Below are positions 56,200 through 64,000 of a stretch of DNA of 64,000 nt, piece by piece. The stretch lies in NCBI RefSeq assembly GCF_009914755.1, contig NC_060928.1. One strand, 5' to 3'. The stretch is from the human T2T-CHM13v2.0 reference genome, Homo sapiens. Made by a program: the position numbers and the translations under genes. A model generated the notes under the pieces. The model searched no databases and had not been told where the DNA came from. It was given only the letters and a program-made list of their open reading frames with translations. Within the stretch, counting starts at the first letter, position 1. Each line of letters opens with the position of its first letter.

Positions 56200-57755
56200 T
56201 CTTTCCTTTAGAGTTCTTATTTAGTTTGATAGAAAATGACTCCCACATTTCAGTCAACGTTTATCTCTCTTCTTTATTCTGGACTTACATTTTCATTCTA
56301 AAAGACATTTTTGCCAAAATTTACCACCAACACCTCAAACTCAGCACATAAACAAAAATAACAGACTTTTTTGTGAGGCTTATTCTGTGTGGATCATCAA
56401 TATAGACTACAGAGTCAAGTAACAAAGATTTATTCTAGGAAGAAGGGTGGGATCCTTCAGTTCAGAAGATTACAGTTTCCAATGCCTCTGGAATCTCAAA
56501 AGAGGGACTGCTGAAAGAGGATGGAAGAATAATAATTTAAAGGTGAGTTATGAGGTCAACCTAGATGTCTAGCATTTCAAAGCCATGTCATCCAAAGTTA
56601 AGGGTATCATCTTTCCCAAACAAACTCATTCTGTTCCTGATGTTCTGAATTCTGTTAATGCAACCACAATTTTTCTCATCATGCAATTTCAAAATTTTAA
56701 CTTAGACTCTTTTGTCTCTGGCTCTATATTCCTTCAGTTGCCTAGTTCTTCCAGTTCAGACTCTGAAATGTCAGTTCCATTCTCACCTTTGCTACTTTAC
56801 TTCCAGCTCCCATACTTTTCCAATTAGATTGTTGAAATGGGTACCTAAAATATCTCTCTATCCTCAGACTTTTTCATCTAATCGAATTCTTCCCATCTGT
56901 GGGTACCAACTGATAAATTTTCATAAAGTACCACACTGATGGTATCACTTTCCTATAAAACTTTCAAAGGCTCATTATTACCTAACAAATTGAGTGCACA
57001 CTCCTTAGTAACCTCTCCATTGCAATTCCAAGGGTCAGTTCTCCATCCTCATCTTATTCAACCAATAAGAAGCATTTGAGAATTAATCTGTAGCCTGGAT
57101 TTCTACAGTTGGTCCCTTGCTTCAACGCTTACCTAATAATCTATTTCACAAACAGCCATGGTAATTATTTTAAAACATTTCAGATTATGTCACTGTTCTG
57201 ATTTAAATCCTCCAATGGCTTTTTAAAAAATCTCATTTGGGGTAAAATTCAAAGTGCTTATAATGGCCTGCAAGATCCTATATAATATGGCTGGCTATGC
57301 ACTACCAGACCCCATCATCTACCACAATTAATTATTCATCTCCCTAATCCTACTCTAGCCACACCAGTCTTTTTGCTCTTACCCAAGGACAGCAAACATG
57401 CTCCCACCTCTTGGGCTTTGTACGCATTCCACTCTTCTTCCTGAGACCTACAGGGCCCTCCCTAATTCATTCAAATGTCTATACAAATGTCACCATAGTA
57501 GAGAGTTCTCTCTCCAATCTATCAAAGTAACATTCCCCCCAGCCTACCCAGATAATCCCTATTATCTGTAACACTTAACATCATTAGAAATATCATAGTT
57601 ATTTGTGTAATATTTTTTATTGTCTGTCTCTTCTCACTAAAATATAAGCACCCTGAGGGAGGGTCTTAGTTTCTTTTACAACTATTTTCCCAGAGCCTAA
57701 AAGAGCATACTGCACTTAATTCAATAAATATTTCTTGAGTGAATGAATAAATGAG
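56200..57755. mobile_element. L2 LINE fragments
   Basis: caacacctcaaactcagca; cagattatgtcactgttctgatttaaatcctccaatggct; terminal tcaataaatatttcttgagtgaatgaataaatga. Confidence 0.75.
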
Positions 57756-58721
57756 TCTCACAGAATGAACCTCTCTACAGAAATCCTATGCTAGCCCAGT
57801 GAAATCCAACCTGTGGGCCAAAGATCTGGGAAGTAGTAAAGTAACGTAAAGGGGTCTGTGAATCCACATCCTTCCGATTATTGTCTGTAAACTAAATTAA
57901 CTACCATATTATACTATTACTTTAAAATGTATTAATTTATAGTAATCTTACCAACATGTATTTTTCCAAAGGATAGTAGCAGTACAGTTTACTATTATGT
58001 AGGAACCTACCAATTTTTTCTTATTAACAAGGGGTGTTCTTACTCAAAAACATTAGGAAGCTCACTGCTCTAGCCAAACGAAACCACTGCCTTTTCATCA
58101 AGTTGTCTATAAACATTCACACCTGTTCCTTTGCTAATATGTGTATCTTAACTAGCAAAACTTTTTCCTGCCCTCCACTTTCCACCCCATCCTCCAATTG
58201 ATTTACTGTTTCAAATTCTAAATCATCATTATCTACACCTGAGTGAGCATATGCCTAAGAGCTGGCAATAAGACACATGATGACTGGCTGGGGTGAGGAA
58301 TGGAAAGGAAGAGCCAGAAGAGGAAAAGAAGTGCTACAAGATTCATGTGCTAGAACTCTCAAGTCCAATTTCACCTGCCTCCCAGTTTGCCTACAGTCCC
58401 TCTTTTGGGGGTATTAAGCACATCCAGCAAAGTCTTTCCACCAGCAAAGCCCATCCACTCTGCATCCTCCATAAATACAACACACTAATTCTAGACCCTG
58501 CACTATTTTTTCATACTAGTCAAAGTGCTCTGCTCACTGCTTTCTACCAAATAGCAACCATCACATAATTGTTTTGGTTCAACCTTCACCTGTTTCTGGA
58601 ACTTTTCCCTGGCTAGCCAACAGCACATTCTTATTATTCCTCTATAGTGCTTCAGCAATTTAATACACATTTTTTCAAACAAATTTTCTACTCTTTGATA
58701 ATTTATTTTTAAGTTTCCTTT

Positions 58722-58803
58722 CAGCATCATGCAATATGCCCATATAACCTGCCCATGTACCCCCTGAATCTAAAATAAAAGTTTAAATTATTTTTTAAAA
58801 ATG
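58722..58803 (+). mobile_element. Extremely 5'-truncated L1 3' end (L1PB-like)
   Basis: catgcaatatgcccatataacctgcccatgtaccccctgaatctaaaataaaagtt. Confidence 0.8.
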
Positions 58804-59070
58804 GGCCAGGCAAGGTGGCTCACACCTATAATCTCAACATTTTGGGAGGCCAAGGCAGGAGGATTGCTTGAGCCCAGGAGCTCAAGACCAACCTGGGCAA
58901 CATAGAGAGACCTCATCTCTACTAAAAATTTGTGGTGGCATGCATCTGTAATCCCAGCTTATCAGGAGGCTGAGGTGGTGTTTGAGCCTAGTTCAAGGCT
59001 GTAATGAGCTATGATCACACCACCACACTTCAGCCTGGGCAACAGAGTGAGACCCTGTTTTTAAAAAAAA
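58804..59070 (+). mobile_element. AluJ with small internal deletions
   Basis: ggaggattgcttgagcccaggag, gtaatgagctatgatcacacc; linker partly deleted. Confidence 0.9.
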
Positions 59071-59499
59071 AAGTTTCCTTTTTTCATTTATTCTCTTAAA
59101 TGTGAACTCCTGCGAAGACATGAGAGCCTCAGATATTTCTTTTCTTTTATAGGTGTCTTTCCATTATACAATAATGCCTAGTACTAGACTAGGAACAGAA
59201 GAGATAAAGAAAGATATCCTATGAAGGCACTGAATTAGCCTTTAGCTGGATTCACAAACCTATAGGCCAATTTAAATTGTACTCATTTTCAAATTTCTTT
59301 AGGTCATGAACTAGCCTACTTATTGCGTCAATATCTATAAATTACTTCCCCAATTCTGTCCTTTCTAAAGTGTATATGCTCTGTCCTCTAGCAGATGATC
59401 TTGTTCCTGAACTTCAATCCAATGAGCTCTCATTGAACTCCTTAATGTAAAACATGAGCTAGGCAATATAGAGACATACTCCTTGCCCTAAAGGAATTC

Positions 59500-59995
59500 A
59501 TAATAATTCCTTAAAGAAAACATTTTTAAAGCACCTGGTATGTGTTAGGCACCCAAGAACTATTCTATACAGCACAGAAAATGAGATATTCACACCTATA
59601 AACAAAAGACAGCGTATTACATTCCAAAAGAAAGGCAGTCGGTCATATGAAAATCCAGGAAGGGAAAAATTAATTCTGAACATAATACCAAGGAATCTTT
59701 TATTGAGGAACTGTCCTCTGAATAGGACCATTAAGGAGAAGAATTTTCATGAGAAAATGAGTGAGGGATATGCTAGAAAGGCAGTTGTTTCTGAATCTAA
59801 TGGTCAAAAATATGGGTTTTGAAAGTCAGAGGGTCTTGGTTCAAATTGTATTTTTGTCACTTACTTGATGAACATCCCCAAGTAGCTTATTTAACTTCAA
59901 CTGTGGTTTCTTCATTTACAAAATGGAGATAATGTGATTACACACTGCATAAAAACAGACTCTTAGCTGCTGCCTGGCACAGAGTAAGTGCTGAC
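59500..59995. mobile_element. L2 and MIR relics
   Basis: aagcacctggtatgtgttaggcac; ctgtggtttcttcatttacaaaatggagataat; tgcctggcacagagtaagtgct. Confidence 0.65.
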
Positions 59996-60007
59996 TAAAA
60001 GATAGCA

Positions 60008-60400
60008 CTTAGTTTGTGTTCCCCCAGAAGAAGACCATGACTCAAAGATCCAACTACAAATAGTTTATTTGAAAGGGGGCCACAGGAATCACTGATAGGA
60101 AGGGGAGGAAGGGAGTCAAGGAAGGGAAGGCAGCACACAAAGTGTGTATTATTAAGTAAATTACCACTACTGGAGCCTAATCTAGCTGGAAACTCCAGGA
60201 GCCAGTGTCGACTCAAAGGTCAAGAGGAGCAGAGAATTAAAAACCAACCACAACAATCAAGGTCAGAACTGCTCCCAGACTGAGGAGCAGAAATTCCTCT
60301 TCTCCAGCAGAGGAGAAAGCTGTCAGGGAAAGACACACAGATACAGTTAAGGCAGCTGTGCTAAGTGGTAAGCCTCAAGGGGATTTGGGTAAGGCTCTGC
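60008..60400 (-). mobile_element. LTR16-family ERVL LTR, antisense
   Basis: ttcccccagaagaagaccatgactcaaagatccaactacaaatagtttatttgaaagggg. Confidence 0.65.
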
Positions 60401-60449
60401 CCACACTAATACAATATACATAAAAATATGAGTATATATATGCTTGAGG

Positions 60450-61087
60450 CTATAAGGAATATGTATCAGAAATTTATCTAATTGATGTATTAGTTAAAAA
60501 TAAAACATATATGATAAACAATATTCCAGGCAAAGTTTTTAGAAGATGCAATAATCCAGAAAAAATTTTACACATGTATAACAAATTATCATACTGAATA
60601 TAAAAAAGAATTACTACATATCCAACATAAGAACAACCCAATAAAAATAGATTAAAAGATATGAAAATGTAAAGAATAAGAGGCAAGCCCCAGAACAATA
60701 GATGAAATAGTCATTAAACATAAAAGAATAAATGACCAGGGAAATAAAAGTAAAAACAATAATAAAATACCAGTTCTAAGCTATTAGATTGACCAAATAC
60801 AATTTGGCTATATCAAGTGTCAGCAGATGTGTAGACAGAGTAGTGCGGAGAAAAAACCCCTTTCATTGCGACTGCCACTTTGAAGGGCAATAATCATTAT
60901 CCACCAAAAACAAAACTAAGCTTACCTTTTGGCCTAGTGATTCCACTTCTCAGTATCTCGCCTAGAGAAATACCCATGTGCACAATAATGTTTATTGAAG
61001 CATTGCCTACAATTCTGCAAACAAGCCTACAAAGGAGACAGACTAAATATTATGTAATACCATGTTACTATTAAAAAGAATAAACTG

Positions 61088-61147
<60 letters not shown>

Positions 61148-61216
61148 CATGTGTAAATTCCCAAGATATATTGCTAAGGGTAAAGAGCAATGGCATACAG
61201 TGGTATAGAATTATAC
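60450..61216 (+). mobile_element. Old L1ME-type 3' fragment
   Basis: aaaacaataataaaatacc, acctttt ggcctagtgattccacttctcagtatctcgcctagagaaata, aatgtttattgaagcattg. Confidence 0.7.
61091..61143. repeat. Perfect (AT)26 microsatellite
   Basis: Uninterrupted AT run. Confidence 0.97.
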
Positions 61217-63930
61217 TGTGAAAGTTGTCAGAATCAAAATGGAGCCACTTGTGTTAAAAATCCTAAAAGACAGAGCCTCAGAAGGCCATGAAGAGAGGGT
61301 TCTCATGCACCAATGCCTGATAACAAGAACTATCACCAAAGACTCTGAAAAAACTACAAACTTGCACAAAGGCCATTGCAACTGTATACCAAAAAGAAAA
61401 AAAAAATACTCCTGTAGACATCTACCCAGCAATTGTCTGTCAGCCTTGGACTGTCATCACCCTTGGTATTGATCTCTGTAACCAAAAATAATTATCTCAA
61501 ACCAATTATGTAATTCTTCTCATTTAAAAAGAAAACATTGTCTTCTTTTACCCTCCTGAACACACACATAGTTTACTATGGCATGTGTATTCCCATTGTA
61601 TTCCTATTCGCAAAAAAATATCATTTTCTTTTAGAGAATCTTCCTCTCTGTTATTTAGTTTCGCATTAATGGTGTCAGCAGTGAGGCCAAAGTTAGCTCA
61701 CCTTTGATGGATTGGTGGCCTGTGGAATTGAGTGCAGTACTGACTTCAATGTTGCCTTTTCTTCCATAGTGAATCTTCTCTAGGACTCTTGGACTCCCTC
61801 CCTTTGGTGAGTTCTTTTTTACTTTATTTGGGATCTGATTTGGTTATAAGGCCACCTTAAATAAAGGACCTTGCATCCCTCCTGGGACTATAAAAGTTAT
61901 TTCTGGCGAGCCCTTTCTGGTAAAAGACAAGTGTCCTTCTGGTTTGAGTTATCTGGTTTCTACGGAGTTTACATTCTGTCTGTGAGGCATTCTTTTCTGG
62001 TGAATTCACTTTTGATTTGGTGCATCCGGCTTAATATTTTGTTTGATCTGCATGGCTGGGTTAAAAATTCTGTGAGCACTCTGATTTTGGTTTCATTTTG
62101 GTTAGGTTATGTGTGTCTGTAAATGATTTGGCTCTTTTTCCCTTACTTGTTTCTGAACATCTTCCAAGAGCAAAAATAAACATTCTAAATAGTAGGCATG
62201 ATATGGCCAATTAAAAGCCACTGGGATGGTCACCATGATCTAAACCACCAGTGTAAACTTCCTGACAGGATTTATAGAATTTTCTTTGCTCTGGAGAAAT
62301 TAGTCAGAAACAGAATGGGATTCTCAAACATTCAGGCATGTCAAGCTTTCTGGGACTCCAGCTGGCTACATGGCTTTTCCTCGTGCATGTTTTTAAATTA
62401 ATGGCCATCATGAATATCATTTGAAGTCCCCAACCTTGTTTTTTTCTTAGAATTCAATTAGAAACTGCAATCAACTATAGAGTTAACATGTAGAGTCTTT
62501 TTAGTTATCTTTTTTTTTCTGGATACTCTAAATCTGTTAACTTTTTCATTTGTGTTAAGATAACACACTGTTGCTAATTTCAAAAGCTGCTTAGATCTTT
62601 TTTTAGAGCATTTTAACCAGGATAAGGATAAAAATCTTAAAGGGCTTTCAAATTAATGGCTTTACAAATTACAACCGCTTCATGGCAGCCAACAACCTAG
62701 ACACCTTTTGGAAATGTAAATTGAGGTTTCCCTAACTATTAATTGCTTAGGGTGATGAAACAGTTAATTGAAGGATTGATATTCTATACGGACATAAAGA
62801 GATATGTGTTTATACAAATTAAGGTCTCAGATCAAATAGGTCAAAATCTTGAACTTAGCGCAATAATACAAGGTATCTCTGGCATAAAAATTGCTTTGTC
62901 TGTCTGTTACACGGGGGCCAGAAACGCTGACCAAAAAAAAAAAACAAACAAAAAAAAACCTGCCAAAATGCTTCCCTGTCCGCATTGTCTAGTCAAGAAA
63001 ACCAGATCAGCAAACAAAAGAAAGATTTGTTACTAAAAAATTTAAGGCAACTTGGAGATTTTGACTTTCTTACAGAATTTAGCCAGTCCCAGCTAAAATG
63101 TAAACAATTGAAAATTTAACCCTAAACTCATTTAAAACTGGAAAAAAAGATGTGAGATTTATTTAAAACCAAGATGCTTTACCTAAAAATTTTGGTCCAC
63201 AGCTTTTCTTAGATTATCTATTAGGGAAAATAACACTTATCCACCTGAACAGGTCCCATTTTGTCAAAAATACAATTTGGGTCCAACTATTTTTTTATAA
63301 ACTTGTGAGTTTGTATTACTATGCTTTACTATCTAGTGACTGAAATTCTAAAATTAAAGCTATAAGATCTTTATTGTGTGCATGTATATGTGTTTATGTG
63401 TGTTGACATGTGTTGTATGCTGTGTCTAAATTGTAAAATCTGGTGTACTTGGCTAGAAATTCCTTAAGAAATCCTATTCGGATTAGCTCAGATAAATAAG
63501 CAATCATAAAATATATAGTAATTAATCCAAATGCCTTTTAGTTCATACAACTTAAGTAAATCTTTGATAAATAAGCTGTTGGTGTTTTATTGGTAGGGGG
63601 TGGTTTGTTTTGAGGTGGGGTCTTGCTTTGTTCCTAGGCTGGAGTGCAGTGGTGCTCATTGTAGCCTCAAACACCTGTGCTCAATCAATCCTCCCACCTC
63701 GGCCTCCCAAGTAGCTGGGACTACAGGTATGTACCCCCATGCCTGGCTAATTTTTGTATTTTTTGTAGAGGCAGAGTTTTACCATGTTGCTCAGGCTGGT
63801 CTGAAACTCCTGGCCTCAAGCGATTATCCCACCTCAGCCTCCCAAAATGCTGAAATTATAGGGATGAGCCACCACCCCTGGCCCAATAAACTGGCCTTGA
63901 ATTTGTTGATAAAATAAAAACAGAAATTTT
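61217..63930 (+). mobile_element. MER65-type (MER4-group ERV1) 5' LTR plus non-coding internal region
   Basis: LTR tgtgaaagttgtcagaatcaaaatggagccac...ttatttagtttcgca (61217-61665); Leu-like PBS tggtgtcagcagtgaggc (61670-61687); AT-rich MER4-group-like interior; no 3' LTR in the window. Confidence 0.8.
63600..63883 (-). mobile_element. AluJ inside the MER65-type interior
   Basis: Antisense dimer ending gagccaccacccctggcc; flanks aataagctg / aataaactg. Confidence 0.9.
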
Positions 63931-64000
63931 TTCAAATTGTCAATCAATAGATGAATGAAAATGTCATGTATATAAATACACATGAATATATCTATATACA

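Overview
Primate (human-like) genomic DNA, AT-rich and dominated by transposable elements. I found no intact protein-coding gene, RNA gene or prokaryotic system; every recognisable ORF is a broken piece of L1, ERV or Alu. Main contents: a full-length L1PB-type LINE (6202-13435) with a target-site duplication (TSD) and an Alu-in-Alu insertion; a HERV-K(HML-3)/MER9 provirus (13996-20028) with deleted gag and env and an amputated 3' LTR; a two-LTR HERV-H/LTR7 provirus (28245-33996); the 5' part of a MER65-type provirus (61217 onward); and many solo LTRs, Alus, MIR/L2/L3 relics and a MER1A DNA transposon. The most unusual item is a ~370-bp minus-strand, polyadenylated, TSD-flanked retrocopy of a chimeric Alu+MER4-LTR transcript inside the HML-3 leader. 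Also notable are an identical pair of CTCF-like sites and a strong + strand bias of retroelements. Subfamily names come from recalled consensus sequences, not from a database search. I do not see evidence for a wholly new biological system.
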